Shown here: positions 20,484 to 30,921 of the stretch, in pieces
Position numbering within the stretch: position 1 is the stretch's first letter
Layout of the letters: every line of letters starts with the position of its first letter
Assembly: GCA_902626185.1 (NCBI GenBank)
Contig: CACOEA010000001.1
Span: 30,672 to 94,671 of the forward strand
From: an uncultured Pelagibacteraceae bacterium
Lineage (GTDB): Bacteria; Pseudomonadota; Alphaproteobacteria; Pelagibacterales; Pelagibacteraceae
DNA: 64,000 nucleotides
Direction: 5' to 3'
The notes under the pieces: generated by a model
The model's input: only the letters and a program-made list of their open reading frames with translations
What the model was told of the DNA's origin: nothing
Databases searched by the model: none
Program-made: the position numbers and the translations under genes

Positions 20484-21027
20484 AAAAATATTTCTTACGT
20501 TAGTTTTTTTTCTTTTGACAATAAATTTATCTGCTAATGAAAAAAATAAAATAATTTCTTATTTAAACAATTTAAATTCTTTAGAATTTACTTTTGATCA
20601 GGAAATTGAAGAAAAAAAAGAAAAAGGCAGTTGTCTTTTAGAATTTCCTGGAAAATTAAAATGTAATTACTTCGATAATAAGGAAAAGGAATTAGTAATA
20701 AATAATAGAAAATTAGCAATAACCCAAAAAAGATATAATAAAACTTATCATTATCCAATTTCCAAATCTCCATTCTTAAATATTTTATATAAAGATAAAC
20801 TTTTAGAAATTGTTAAATCTGGAGATTTAGAATTAACTGATCAGCTGATAAAACTTATTTATCTAGATGATTATAAAATAATAGTTTTTTTTGATAGGAA
20901 AAGTCTAGATTTAAAAGGTTGGCAAATAAAAGATCAATACAACAATAATATTAATTTCTTCCTAAACATTATTGCTAAAAATGATGTTTTTAAAAAGGGC
21001 ACCTTTAAAGTGCCAAAGATTAATTAA
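20470..21027 (+). CDS. lolA: Lipoprotein chaperone LolA family
   Basis: Signal peptide, FxQ...G...PGK pattern and ftsK-lolA synteny. Start probably GTG 20470. Confidence 0.75.
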   Translation: MKFFKKIFLTLVFFLLTINLSANEKNKIISYLNNLNSLEFTFDQEIEEKKEKGSCLLEFPGKLKCNYFDNKEKELVINNRKLAITQKRYNKTYHYPISKSPFLNILYKDKLLEIVKSGDLELTDQLIKLIYLDDYKIIVFFDRKSLDLKGWQIKDQYNNNINFFLNIIAKNDVFKKGTFKVPKIN

Positions 21028-21530
21028 GCTACAAAATCAATTTCTTCTTCTTTAAAAATCTCAAAACCTTTTGATTTATAATTTTGTAAGGCGTGTTTAT
21101 GATCTAGGCTGCAAGTGTGAACCCACATTCTTTCTGGATTTTTTCTTGATGCGCTTGCAATAGCATGATTTACAAGTGTCGATCCTAGTTTTAAACCTCT
21201 AAATTCTTTTAGTACACCTAAGTTGATAAGCTCTACTTCATTCGTGCTAGGATGATATTCTTGTTCATAATATCCTACTAGATCCTCACCTTTTTTTAGG
21301 AAATGTGTTTCTAAATTTTTATTCGTAACATATTTTACCCACTCATTATCAGACCACAATAATCTATCTCTCCAGTAATGATCTACGCCTATTTGTTTGT
21401 AGAAAAATCTGTTTAAGTGAAAATTGTCTTTATCATCCAAAATAATTTGAAAATTTTCTGGAAGATTTAAGTCAATTGCTCTTGAAAAATCTCTTATTTC
21501 TAAAAAATATCTTTTTACTCTGGAGATCAT
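21024..21530 (-). CDS. GNAT-family acetyltransferase
   Basis: EFRGLKLG and WVHTCSLDH..AL.NY...GF. Confidence 0.85.
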   Translation of the reverse strand: MISRVKRYFLEIRDFSRAIDLNLPENFQIILDDKDNFHLNRFFYKQIGVDHYWRDRLLWSDNEWVKYVTNKNLETHFLKKGEDLVGYYEQEYHPSTNEVELINLGVLKEFRGLKLGSTLVNHAIASASRKNPERMWVHTCSLDHKHALQNYKSKGFEIFKEEEIDFVA

Positions 21531-21886
21531 TAGCTAACCATCTTTCCAATTTTTTCTCCTGCAAATATATGAAAATGTAAATGAGGAACTTCCTGTCCTC
21601 CGTCTCTACCGATATTAGTTAAAGACCGATAACCTTTATCCTTTGCGCCCATTAAATGGGCAACATATGTTACAGCTTTGTTGAGTTCTACAATTTCTTT
21701 ATCTGAAGCTTTACTATTAAAATCATCTAAATCGGTGTATTCACCTTTAGGTATGACTAAAACATGAATTTTTTTTTGAGGATTAATATCATGAAAGGCT
21801 AAGACATGGTCGTTTTCATAAACTTTCTTGCAAGGAATTTCTCCCCTAAGAATTTTTGCAAATATATTATTTTTATCGTAGCTCAT
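21530..21886 (-). CDS. hinT: HIT-family nucleotide hydrolase
   Basis: IFAKILRGEIP and GQEVPHLHFH histidine triad. Confidence 0.92.
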   Translation of the reverse strand: MSYDKNNIFAKILRGEIPCKKVYENDHVLAFHDINPQKKIHVLVIPKGEYTDLDDFNSKASDKEIVELNKAVTYVAHLMGAKDKGYRSLTNIGRDGGQEVPHLHFHIFAGEKIGKMVS

Positions 21887-22155
21887 TTTTGTCTTTTCTT
21901 AAGTTCATTCATCACGTCCTCGATTTTTATGTTGTTGGCCTCTAAATAAACCATCAAATGATACATCACATCAGCAGCTTCGTGTATTTTATTTGAATTC
22001 TTTTCCACAGATTCAATTAATTCACCTATTTCTTCTTTTACTTTTGAGACACTTAAGTTTTTATCATTAAGAAGTTTATTTGTGTAAGATTTATCGGGAG
22101 AGGAATTTTTTCTCTCTCTGATTGTTTTTATTAATTGTTCTAAGTTTTCAAACAT
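21883..22155 (-). CDS. hisE: Phosphoribosyl-ATP diphosphatase
   Basis: SYTNKL, KVKEE and EAADVMYH. Confidence 0.93.
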   Translation of the reverse strand: MFENLEQLIKTIRERKNSSPDKSYTNKLLNDKNLSVSKVKEEIGELIESVEKNSNKIHEAADVMYHLMVYLEANNIKIEDVMNELKKRQK

Positions 22156-22156
22156 T

Positions 22157-22915
22157 TTACAACCTTACAGATACATTTTTAGAATTCAAATATTCTTTAG
22201 CTTCTTTAATTTTAAATTCACCGTAATGAAATATAGAAGCAGCTAGAACTGCGCTTGCTCCACCTTTAACTATACCATCGTATAGATGATCTAACGTTCC
22301 AACTCCACCAGATGCTATAACAGGAATGTTAGTATTTGTTGTAATTGCTTTTAATAGCTCGACATCATAGCCAGATTTAGTTCCATCTTTATCCATTGAA
22401 GTTAGAAGGATCTCACCAGCACCGTTTACTTCAACCTTTTTAGCAAATTCTACAGCGTCAATACCTGTTTTGTTACTTCCTCCATGCGTGAATACTTCCC
22501 ATTTATTTTCTGAAACTTTTTTAGCATCTATAGCAACTACAATACATTGATTTCCAAATTTTTTAGAAGCTTCTTTAACAAAATCGACATTTTTTACTGC
22601 TGCCGTATTTATAGAAACTTTATCTGCCCCAGCTAATAATAGATCAGTGATATTTTGAATAGTTCTAACCCCGCCGCCAACCGTTAGAGGAACAAAACAT
22701 TTTTTGGCTGTCTTTTTTACAATATCAATAATTGTATCCCTGTTTTCATTTGATGCAGTAATATCTAAAAAACAAATTTCATCTGCACCTCCGTCACTGT
22801 AAATTTTTGCTTGTTCTACTGGATCACCAGCATCTTTTAATTCTACAAAGTTAATACCTTTGACAACTCTTCCATTTTTAACATCTAAACAAGGTATAAT
22901 TCTATTTTTTAGCAT
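22157..22915 (-). CDS. hisF: Imidazole glycerol phosphate synthase cyclase subunit
   Basis: [17 protein letters not shown] and TSMDKDGT. Confidence 0.97.
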   Translation of the reverse strand: MLKNRIIPCLDVKNGRVVKGINFVELKDAGDPVEQAKIYSDGGADEICFLDITASNENRDTIIDIVKKTAKKCFVPLTVGGGVRTIQNITDLLLAGADKVSINTAAVKNVDFVKEASKKFGNQCIVVAIDAKKVSENKWEVFTHGGSNKTGIDAVEFAKKVEVNGAGEILLTSMDKDGTKSGYDVELLKAITTNTNIPVIASGGVGTLDHLYDGIVKGGASAVLAASIFHYGEFKIKEAKEYLNSKNVSVRL

Positions 22916-23036
22916 TTTTTCTCTTTTTTGCTTTGCTTGGTAACAATCCTTTGTTTACAGCTCTAGCTCTTTCTGAAAAACCAAGTTTCTCTCCATTTTT
23001 TATTTTACGTCTAATCGTGGATAATTTTGCAACCAT
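22902..23036 (-). CDS. Small basic hypothetical protein (44 aa, not in the ORF track)
   Basis: [44 protein letters not shown]. Starts 1 nt after the hisA stop, overlaps the hisF start and fills the gap exactly. Confidence 0.65.
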   Translation of the reverse strand: MVAKLSTIRRKIKNGEKLGFSERARAVNKGLLPSKAKKRKNAKK

Positions 23037-23037
23037 T

Positions 23038-23760
23038 TTAATCTATCTCTTTTGCCAACTCATCAAGCTTAATATCACCATCATAAATAGCTTTGCCAAC
23101 AATTATACCTTCTATTTTTTTATAATTTAAATCTTTTGCTTTCTTAACATCGTTTATTGAAGAAACTCCACCTGAGATGACAACAGGACAATTAGAAATT
23201 TCAGCAATTTTAATTGTCTCATCAAAATTAGGGCTATTTTTCATTCCATCTCTATTTATATCTGTATAAATAATTCTGCTAACGCCAAAATCATTAACTT
23301 CTTTTAAAAAGTCTATAGTTTTAATATTAAGATTTTCTTTCCAACCAGAGACAGAAAGATTTCCATCCTTAGCGTCTAATCCCAAAGCAATTCTATTTTT
23401 AAATTTATCACAAGCTTCTTTTAAAAATTTTTTATTTTTAATTGCTCCGCTGCCTAGAATAACTTTCTCAACTCCTGCATCGATATATTGATTAATGCTA
23501 TCGAGAGATCTAATGCCTCCACCTATTTCAATTTTAAGATCGTATTTGCTTACAATCTCTTTAATTATTTCTAAATTTACTGTCTTTCCAGTTAACGCAC
23601 CATCTAAATCAACAATGTGTAAATTTATAAAACCGTGATCTTTATATTTTGCTGCTTGATCGACTGGTGAAGTTTCATATTCAGTTTTATTTTCAAAGTC
23701 TCCTTTGATTAACCTCACACATCTTTTATCTTTAATATCTATAGCAGGGAAAATTTTCAT
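23038..23760 (-). CDS. hisA: ProFAR isomerase
   Basis: IFPAIDI, LHIVDLDGA, GGGIR and TDINRDG. Confidence 0.96.
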   Translation of the reverse strand: MKIFPAIDIKDKRCVRLIKGDFENKTEYETSPVDQAAKYKDHGFINLHIVDLDGALTGKTVNLEIIKEIVSKYDLKIEIGGGIRSLDSINQYIDAGVEKVILGSGAIKNKKFLKEACDKFKNRIALGLDAKDGNLSVSGWKENLNIKTIDFLKEVNDFGVSRIIYTDINRDGMKNSPNFDETIKIAEISNCPVVISGGVSSINDVKKAKDLNYKKIEGIIVGKAIYDGDIKLDELAKEID

Positions 23761-24386
23761 TATAATTTCATAAAGTTATCTATTATCTTTAATCCTGATT
23801 TATCACTCTTTTCGGGGTGAAATTGTGTACCGAATAAATTATCTCTCTCAACAGCGCATACAATTTTAGTTGAGTAGTCTGTTGTAGCTGAAATGACTGA
23901 TTTGTCTTCAGGTATAAACTCATAACTGTGAACAAAATACATGTGAGACTTATCTTTAATGTCTTTTAATATTTTACTTTTTTTTTCAATTTCAATTTCA
24001 TTCCATCCAATATGTGGAAGTTTAAATTTTCCCTTTTGATTATCAATTTTAGAAACTTTACCAGGAATCCAACTTAATCCTTTTGTTTCTGCTTCTTCAT
24101 AACCAACATCAGCAAACATTTGTAAACCTACGCAAATTCCTAATAGAGGTTTCTTATTTGTGATAACAAATTCATTTAACGTTTCCACTAATCCATCGAT
24201 GTTGTTTAATGAGTCTACACAACTTTTAAATGACCCTTGGCCGGGCAAAACAATCTTATCGCTAAATTTAATTTTTTTAATATCAGAAGTAACTTCCAGA
24301 TTAACTTTACCTTTAGCAATCTCTGTGAAAGAGTTAATAACTGAGCTTATATTGCCCGATTGGTAGTCAACAATTGTGACGTTCAT
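23760..24386 (-). CDS. hisH: Imidazole glycerol phosphate synthase glutaminase subunit
   Basis: LPGQG, GICVG, PHIGWN, YFVHSY and QFHPEKS. Confidence 0.96.
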   Translation of the reverse strand: MNVTIVDYQSGNISSVINSFTEIAKGKVNLEVTSDIKKIKFSDKIVLPGQGSFKSCVDSLNNIDGLVETLNEFVITNKKPLLGICVGLQMFADVGYEEAETKGLSWIPGKVSKIDNQKGKFKLPHIGWNEIEIEKKSKILKDIKDKSHMYFVHSYEFIPEDKSVISATTDYSTKIVCAVERDNLFGTQFHPEKSDKSGLKIIDNFMKL

Positions 24387-24391
24387 CAAAT

Positions 24392-24982
24392 TTAAATAGA
24401 ACCTTTTGTAGAAGGTATTGAATTTTTAATTCTTTTATCAATAGTTAAAGCATCCTTTAGTGACCTAGCTAATCCCTTATAACAAGACTCAACTTTATGG
24501 TGACTATTATCACCGTAAATGTTCTCGATATGTAAAGTTATTCCTGCAGATTGTGAAAATGCTTGAAACCATTCTTTAAAAAGTTCAGTATCCATTTCTC
24601 CTAATTTTTCAACAGCCAGATCAACTTTCCAAATTAAATAGGGTCTATTTGATACATCAATAGAAACCCGACTTAGAGTTTCATCCATTGGAATCATTGT
24701 TGAAGCATATCTCGTAATTCCTTTTCGATTACCTGCAGCTTTTTTTATAGCTTCACCAATAGCTATGCCTGTGTCCTCAGTAGTATGGTGTAAATCAATA
24801 TGAGTATCACCTTTGGCTTTAACCTCGAGATCAATCAGAGAGTGCTTTGATAATTGCTCTAACATATGATCCAAAAAACCTATTCCAGTTTTAATTCTAT
24901 ACTTTCCTTTGCCGTCTAAATTAACCGCGACAGAAATGTTGGTTTCTTTTGTTTTTCTAGTAATTTTTGCTTTTCTATTCAT
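24392..24982 (-). CDS. hisB: Imidazoleglycerol-phosphate dehydratase
   Basis: [24 protein letters not shown] and PSTKG. Confidence 0.97.
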   Translation of the reverse strand: MNRKAKITRKTKETNISVAVNLDGKGKYRIKTGIGFLDHMLEQLSKHSLIDLEVKAKGDTHIDLHHTTEDTGIAIGEAIKKAAGNRKGITRYASTMIPMDETLSRVSIDVSNRPYLIWKVDLAVEKLGEMDTELFKEWFQAFSQSAGITLHIENIYGDNSHHKVESCYKGLARSLKDALTIDKRIKNSIPSTKGSI

Positions 24983-25042
24983 AAACTTAGCTGATTTACC
25001 TTTGATATATATTCAAATGATCATTTTATCAATAAATCACTA

Positions 25043-25071
25043 TTGAAGATCCAAAATTAGTCTCCACATAT
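25043..25071 (+). promoter_or_regulatory. Putative RpoH-type promoter of hslVU
   Basis: TTGAA-N16-CCACATAT resembles alphaproteobacterial sigma32 promoters and lies upstream of heat-shock protease genes. Confidence 0.5.
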
Positions 25072-25077
25072 AATACC

Positions 25078-25617
25078 ATGAATACAGCTGAAAAATGGCA
25101 TGGAACAACGATTGTGTTGCTTAGAAAAAACGGTGAAACTGTAGTAGCAGGAGACGGACAAGTCAGTCTAGGTAATACAGTTTTAAAAAGCAAAGCAAAA
25201 AAAGTTAGAAAGATCGAAAGCAGAGGTGTAATTGCAGGATTTGCTGGTTCTACAGCTGACGCTTTGACTTTATTTGAGAGACTTGAGGCAAAGTTAGAAA
25301 AACATGCTGGAAATTTACAAAGAGCGGCAGTTGAGTTAGCAAAAGATTGGAGAAGTGATAAATTTTTAAGAAGATTAGAAGCGCTTATGGCAGTAGCAGA
25401 TAAAAAGCATAGTTTTATAATTTCTGGTACAGGTGATGTCTTAGAACCAGAAGATGGTATTATTGGTATAGGTTCAGGCGGTAATTATGCTTTGGCTGCT
25501 GCTAAAGTTTTAATTGAAACAGATTTGAAGGCTGAAGATATTGCAAGAAAATCTATAAAAGTTGCTTCTGATATATGTGTTTTTACAAATAATAACGTAA
25601 CGGTCGAGAAAGTATAA
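25078..25617 (+). CDS. hslV: ATP-dependent protease subunit HslV
   Basis: [19 protein letters not shown] and IGSGG. Confidence 0.97.
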   Translation: MNTAEKWHGTTIVLLRKNGETVVAGDGQVSLGNTVLKSKAKKVRKIESRGVIAGFAGSTADALTLFERLEAKLEKHAGNLQRAAVELAKDWRSDKFLRRLEALMAVADKKHSFIISGTGDVLEPEDGIIGIGSGGNYALAAAKVLIETDLKAEDIARKSIKVASDICVFTNNNVTVEKV

Positions 25618-25618
25618 A

Positions 25619-26995
25619 ATGGTAAAATCTAATAAAGTAACAAATTTAAATCTTGTGAAGAATAAGACAAAAGAGAATTCTAAAGTAAGTGCTTTGTCTC
25701 CAAGAGAAATAGTTTCAGAACTTGATAGGTATGTAATCGGACAAAAGGAAGCTAAAAAGGCGGTTGCAGTTGCATTAAGAAATAGATGGAGAAGACAAGC
25801 ACTTTCAGATGAAATGAGGGATGAAGTTTTGCCAAAAAATATTTTAATGATTGGTCCAACTGGAGTAGGTAAAACCGAAATTTCTAGACGACTATCAAAA
25901 CTAGCTGAGGCTCCATTTATTAAGGTTGAAGCGACAAGATTTACTGAGGTCGGATACGTAGGTAGGGATGTTGAACAAATAGTAAGAGACCTGATTGAAA
26001 TTGCAATTGCAATGGAAAGAGAGAAAAAAAGGAAAGAGGTAAAAGCAAAAGCCGAGCTTAAAGCAGAAGACAAAGTTTTAGATGCTTTAGTTGGAAGCAA
26101 AGCTAGTGTTGCGACAAAGGAAAGTTTCAGAAAAAGACTAAGAAACGGTGATTTAGACAATAATGAAATAGAAATAGAAGTGCAGGACAAATCATCAGGT
26201 TTTCAAAGTTTTGAAATTCCAGGTATGCCAGGAGGAAATGTTGGGATGGTTAACATTGGAGATATACTTGGAAAATCAATGGGAAACAAAAAAGGTAAAA
26301 AGAAGAAAATGACAGTAAAAGAGTCTCATGACATTTTGGTGGCCCAAGAATCTGACAAAATGATAGAGGAAGACAAAATCATTAAAGAAGCGAAAAAGGC
26401 TACTGAAGAAAATGGAATTGTTTTTTTAGATGAAATAGATAAAGTTTCAGCTAGAAGCGATAGGGTTGGTGGAGATGTTTCTAGAGAAGGTGTTCAGAGA
26501 GATCTACTGCCTTTAATTGAAGGGACAACTGTAAGCACTAAACACGGACCCATAAAAACTGACCATATTCTTTTCATAGCCTCAGGTGCTTTTCAATTAG
26601 CTAAACCATCTGACCTGCTTCCTGAATTACAGGGAAGATTGCCTATTAGAGTTGAGCTCAATGCCTTAAATGAAGAAGATTTTAAAAGAATACTTAAAGA
26701 GCCAGATAACAGTTTAATTAAACAGTACAAAGAATTACTTAAAACTGAAAGTGTAGAACTTAAGTTCACAGATGATGGTATTGATATGTTAGCTAAAATT
26801 TCTGCTGAAGTAAATTCATCAGTTGAAAATATTGGAGCAAGAAGGCTTCATACGATAATTGAAAAAGTTCTAGATGACATAAGTTTCAACGCAACAGATA
26901 AAGCTGGTGAAACAATTATAATTGATAAGAACTATGTAAATAATAATTTGGGTAATCTTGTTAAAGATACCGATTTATCTAAATTTATATTATAA
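25619..26995 (+). CDS. hslU: ATP-dependent protease ATPase HslU
   Basis: [17 protein letters not shown] and GARRL. Confidence 0.98.
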   Translation: MVKSNKVTNLNLVKNKTKENSKVSALSPREIVSELDRYVIGQKEAKKAVAVALRNRWRRQALSDEMRDEVLPKNILMIGPTGVGKTEISRRLSKLAEAPFIKVEATRFTEVGYVGRDVEQIVRDLIEIAIAMEREKKRKEVKAKAELKAEDKVLDALVGSKASVATKESFRKRLRNGDLDNNEIEIEVQDKSSGFQSFEIPGMPGGNVGMVNIGDILGKSMGNKKGKKKKMTVKESHDILVAQESDKMIEEDKIIKEAKKATEENGIVFLDEIDKVSARSDRVGGDVSREGVQRDLLPLIEGTTVSTKHGPIKTDHILFIASGAFQLAKPSDLLPELQGRLPIRVELNALNEEDFKRILKEPDNSLIKQYKELLKTESVELKFTDDGIDMLAKISAEVNSSVENIGARRLHTIIEKVLDDISFNATDKAGETIIIDKNYVNNNLGNLVKDTDLSKFIL

Positions 26996-27406
26996 TTTTT
27001 TAAGTTTAATAACTATTGCTCCCTCACCGCCGTCTTTTCTATCTGCGTCTTCAATAGAGGAAATATATTTAGAAATTTCAATATCTGATTTAATAAATGC
27101 AGGCACAGAATACTTAAGTTTACTAAAATCTTTTGATGCATAAACATCTTGTTCAATATTAGAATGAATTCCTTTGCCTGTAATAAGTAAAATTTCATTA
27201 TAATTTTTTTCTATACAAGATAGGATTATTGCTTTCACCTTTTCATTTGCTTCAAGCAATGTATAGCCATGTAAATCATAACGATATTTATTTGGAGAAT
27301 AATTATTCTTAGGTTGCAGATCTTTATCTACAATGTCATAAGGATTTTTTAAGTAATTTTTCCAGGTATTAAGATCTTTTTGTGTAATTTTTTTTTTTTT
27401 GGTCAC
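26990..27406 (-). CDS. Smr/MutS2 domain protein
   Basis: DLHG, ITGKG and GGEGA. Confidence 0.9.
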   Translation of the reverse strand: MTKKKKITQKDLNTWKNYLKNPYDIVDKDLQPKNNYSPNKYRYDLHGYTLLEANEKVKAIILSCIEKNYNEILLITGKGIHSNIEQDVYASKDFSKLKYSVPAFIKSDIEISKYISSIEDADRKDGGEGAIVIKLKKL

Positions 27407-28005
27407 TTACTAATAATTTCAGTCAAATACCAATTTGGACCTTTTTTCAAAATATTTCTTGTAAATTTCCAATAATCAGTTACTTGCTTAATCTTATTAG
27501 GATTGCCCTCTATGACTTTATTGTCTTTATCTTTCTTCACAGAAATTACCTCGGATACAAACTTAACCGAAGCGAAAACTTCGTTCTTAATTCTTTCATA
27601 TTTTTCTACACTAGACTCTTTGATGCCAACAAAAGTAAATTCAGATTTAATATTTTCTTTATTTCTAGAGACGATAGCTTGTTTAAAATTGCTTGCCATA
27701 TCTACTGTAAGCAAACTTTCTAATTTTTTAGTATCACCATTTGCAAAAGAAGTAAGAATTGTTTCATATGCTATTTCTGCACCTTTTAAAAATTCTTTTT
27801 TTTCATCTCCTTCTAATACGTCATGATTTTCTTTAAATGTTTTGACGTTATTTTTAGGTACATTAAATTTTTGCTCTGCAAAACCTGGATAAATTTTAGG
27901 TTCATGACCTGTTTTTCTACCTAAAATACTTCTAAGTCGCAAAATTATAAACCCAGCAATCATACCGAGCAAAATAATGTCTATATATCCAAAACTGTTA
28001 CTCAT
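27403..28005 (-). CDS. Tim44/TimA family protein
   Basis: TM segment followed by LRSILGRKTG, FLKGAEIAYE and W.F.R...PNW.L. Start at ATG 28005. Confidence 0.88.
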   Translation of the reverse strand: MSNSFGYIDIILLGMIAGFIILRLRSILGRKTGHEPKIYPGFAEQKFNVPKNNVKTFKENHDVLEGDEKKEFLKGAEIAYETILTSFANGDTKKLESLLTVDMASNFKQAIVSRNKENIKSEFTFVGIKESSVEKYERIKNEVFASVKFVSEVISVKKDKDNKVIEGNPNKIKQVTDYWKFTRNILKKGPNWYLTEIISK

Positions 28006-28049
28006 AATTTGATAAATATACATTAATAATATATTTTTGTATCAGACAA

Positions 28050-28466
28050 ATGAACTCATTTTTTTTCTTATTTTTAGGGATACCAGCTATAGAAATTTTT
28101 CTATTGATAAAAATTGGAGCTAAAATAGGGGCTTTAATGACCATATCTCTAATCTTTTTAACCGCATTGATTGGGTTATATTTTGCTAAACTGGAAGGCA
28201 TAAAAACGATTAGGACAGGGGTAATAAACTTATACCAACATAAAAATCCAGTTTACGAAATATTTTCTGGTGCATCAATTGCGATCGCAGCATTATTATT
28301 AATAATACCAGGTTTTATAACTGACATTTTTGGTTTTTTGTTACTTATACCTTTTACAAGAAAAATATTAATTAATTCTCTAATAAGCCGAAATGTTAAC
28401 AATAGAAATAAACATGACAAAACTCTAGATGGAGAAATTATAGAGGATAAAAAAGATGAATTATAA
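28050..28466 (+). CDS. fxsA: FxsA-family membrane protein
   Basis: P.IEI, LLIIPGFITD and synteny with secB. Confidence 0.88.
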   Translation: MNSFFFLFLGIPAIEIFLLIKIGAKIGALMTISLIFLTALIGLYFAKLEGIKTIRTGVINLYQHKNPVYEIFSGASIAIAALLLIIPGFITDIFGFLLLIPFTRKILINSLISRNVNNRNKHDKTLDGEIIEDKKDEL

Positions 28467-28875
28467 GATTATTGGTAAATATATAAATAACTTAGATTTT
28501 AATATTCCGAATCCAAAAGCTTTTTTTTTATTATCAAAAAATATCTCGAATTATAAAATCAACATTGACATTAAAAGTAATCAAGTAAATGAAAAAATAA
28601 TAGAAGTTAAAACAACACTTAAACTCAGTCCCGTAAAAGATGATTTTGAAAAAATAAATACCAAAATTGTTTACTCTGCCATTATAGAACTTGCTGAAAA
28701 AATTAAAGACAAGAAAGAAATTGAAAAGATTATTTTAGTAAAAGTTCCTGGAGATATCTATTCAGAATTAAGAAAAATATTTATTTTCATATTTGAAAGT
28801 TCTGGATTTAAAGACATAAAAATCAGTCAGACAGTTGACTTTGAAAAATTATATAATTTAAGTAAAGTTCAATAA
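28456..28875 (+). CDS. secB: Protein-export chaperone SecB (divergent)
   Basis: YINNLDFNIPN, LVKVP and VDFEKLY, plus fxsA-secB-dnaQ synteny. Confidence 0.75.
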   Translation: MNYKIIGKYINNLDFNIPNPKAFFLLSKNISNYKINIDIKSNQVNEKIIEVKTTLKLSPVKDDFEKINTKIVYSAIIELAEKIKDKKEIEKIILVKVPGDIYSELRKIFIFIFESSGFKDIKISQTVDFEKLYNLSKVQ

Positions 28876-29534
28876 AAATTTTTTTTTATTTCACTTTTCA
28901 AAAAATTATTGTGTCTTTGAATTTCATTTTCTGTTATGTGTAAAATTTTTTTCCCATATTTTTTTTCTCTATTTGACGATTTGTCATCTTCGAGAGTTAC
29001 AGAAGAAAGATTAAATTTAGGTTCTTTTGCATCTAAAAGATTTATATAAACTTCTCTTAAAAGTTCGCAATCCAATAATGCATTATGTTTAGTTCTACGG
29101 GAAAGATCAATATCAAACCTTTTGCATAATGCGTCTAATGAATTAGAAGTGCCAGGAAATTTATTTCTAGCTACCTCAAGGGAGTCAATAACTAATCTTT
29201 TGTCAATTAATTCTTTATTAATATTTTTTAACTCACCATTTAAAAAGCTTAAATCAAAGCTTGCATTGTGAATGATAATTTTTTTACCTTTAATAAAATT
29301 TAAAAAATCATCAGCTACTACATCGAAACTTTCTTTATCGCTTAAAAATTCTTCAGTGAACCCGTGAATTTTGAAGGCTTGGTCTGGCACATCTCTTTTG
29401 GGATTTAAAAGTTTATGGAACACCCGATCTGTAGGAATTAAATCTTTTGTTTCTACACAGGCTATTTCAACAATTTTGTGACCTTCATGAAAAGAAAGTC
29501 CCGTAGTTTCAGTGTCTAGAAAAATTTCATACAT
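28869..29534 (-). CDS. dnaQ: DNA polymerase III epsilon subunit
   Basis: DTETTG, HNASFD and HNALLD (DEDDh exonuclease). Confidence 0.96.
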   Translation of the reverse strand: MYEIFLDTETTGLSFHEGHKIVEIACVETKDLIPTDRVFHKLLNPKRDVPDQAFKIHGFTEEFLSDKESFDVVADDFLNFIKGKKIIIHNASFDLSFLNGELKNINKELIDKRLVIDSLEVARNKFPGTSNSLDALCKRFDIDLSRRTKHNALLDCELLREVYINLLDAKEPKFNLSSVTLEDDKSSNREKKYGKKILHITENEIQRHNNFLKSEIKKNFY

Positions 29535-30091
29535 TATTCGATTATATTTAAAAGTTTTCTTTTTAAAACCGATAAAGATTTATTATTAACAACTACATAA
29601 TCGCAATATTTAAGTTTTTTACTATCCTTCATTTGATGATTGTCTAAGAATGAAAATAATCTTTTATCTCCACCTTTAGAAACATATCTTTTTAACCTTA
29701 ATCTTTTGTTAGACTTAATAAAAATAATTAAATCAAAATAGTTCATAAGTTTACTTTCAATCAATAGAGGGATTTCTAAAAATATAATACTTTTAGATTT
29801 ATTTTTTTTTATAAAATTAAACATTTCTTTTCTTACAAGCGGATGTATAAGTTTTGTTAATTTTTTTAGGTTTGCTTTTTTATAAAGTAATTTCTTTTTC
29901 AACTCTGCTTTAAAATTATTTGTTGCTTTTATACTAAACTTTTTAATGATAATTTTTTTAAATTTTTTAGACCTATATAATTGTTTTACAAAGTCGTCTG
30001 CGCTAAATAATGGGCCTCTTTTTAACGAAATTATTTTGCTAGCAGTTGTCTTGCCCGATGCTATAGAGCCTGTAATACCAATTTTAATCAT
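29534..30091 (-). CDS. coaE: Dephospho-CoA kinase
   Basis: GITGSIASGKT, IHPLV and EIPLL. Confidence 0.93.
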   Translation of the reverse strand: MIKIGITGSIASGKTTASKIISLKRGPLFSADDFVKQLYRSKKFKKIIIKKFSIKATNNFKAELKKKLLYKKANLKKLTKLIHPLVRKEMFNFIKKNKSKSIIFLEIPLLIESKLMNYFDLIIFIKSNKRLRLKRYVSKGGDKRLFSFLDNHQMKDSKKLKYCDYVVVNNKSLSVLKRKLLNIIE

Positions 30092-30921
30092 TGTAATTTT
30101 GACACCAATAAATTAACCAGATCATCATCTATTTCAGGATTTATTTTATTCCATAAGTAAAAAGATTTTTGTCCTTGGTAAATAAACATTTCTAATCCAT
30201 TAAAAGTTTTAATCTTTTTTTCTTTTAAATATTTTAAAGTTTTTGTCTCTAGAGGATTATAAATTGTATCAATAAAAATTAAATTATCTTTAATCTTTTT
30301 AAAATCAAACTCAAAATCATTATTATTTTTAAGACCAAGACTTGTTGCATTGATTATAATATCAAAGTTTTCAATCTGATCCTCTAATGTTTTCCACTCC
30401 AAAACATTTATAAAATTAAATCTCTTTTTTATAAAAATTGATTTTTCGTAGGTTCTGTTGACAATTGTAACATTGTTTATTTTAGATTTTTGTAAAGAAA
30501 GAATTACAGATGGAGACACTCCACCAGCACCAATTATCAATACTCTTTTATTTTTCGCATCAGTTAGTTCTTTAAGATAACCAGCCTGTAGCCCGTACAC
30601 GTCTGTGTTTTCTCCTATTAATACATTATTGTTGTCTAGAAAAATTGTATTTACTGAATTGGTCGATTTTGCATCATTAACTAGTTTATCAATATATGGA
30701 ATTACTTTTTGTTTATAAGGTAAAGTAACATTTATCCCACTAATCTCATAATTTCTTATTTTTTTAATGACACTTTCAATTTCTTGTTCATCGATATGCA
30801 GTAGTGAGTAATTTGCATCAATTTTATATTTCTTTAGCCAGTAATTGTGCAATGTAGGAGATAGAGAATGTTCTATTGGTTTGCCAATAATTGCAAATGT
30901 TTTTTTATTTTTTATGCTCAT
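30088..30921 (-). CDS. aroE: Shikimate dehydrogenase
   Basis: HSLSP, NVTLPYK, NTD, GAGG and NATSLG. Confidence 0.96.
   Translation of the reverse strand: MSIKNKKTFAIIGKPIEHSLSPTLHNYWLKKYKIDANYSLLHIDEQEIESVIKKIRNYEISGINVTLPYKQKVIPYIDKLVNDAKSTNSVNTIFLDNNNVLIGENTDVYGLQAGYLKELTDAKNKRVLIIGAGGVSPSVILSLQKSKINNVTIVNRTYEKSIFIKKRFNFINVLEWKTLEDQIENFDIIINATSLGLKNNNDFEFDFKKIKDNLIFIDTIYNPLETKTLKYLKEKKIKTFNGLEMFIYQGQKSFYLWNKINPEIDDDLVNLLVSKLQ

Noticed and set aside
22933-23130. 65-aa plus-strand ORF over the hisF-hisA gap
   Set aside because: It is antisense to the his operon and overlaps hisA. The minus-strand 44-aa ORF fits the gap exactly.
25510-26190. 226-aa antisense ORF over hslU, and similar shadows at 1978-2529, 40077-40514, 54006-54437, 42974-43321 and 27503-27826
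   Set aside because: They lie fully antisense to well-supported genes and have no motifs. They are typical reverse-frame shadows.
26281-26310. Lys-rich runs in HslU and in the C-termini of Nth and the DUF3576 protein
   Set aside because: They are short and explained by AT-biased codon usage, unlike the 50-aa Arg-containing Acs tail.
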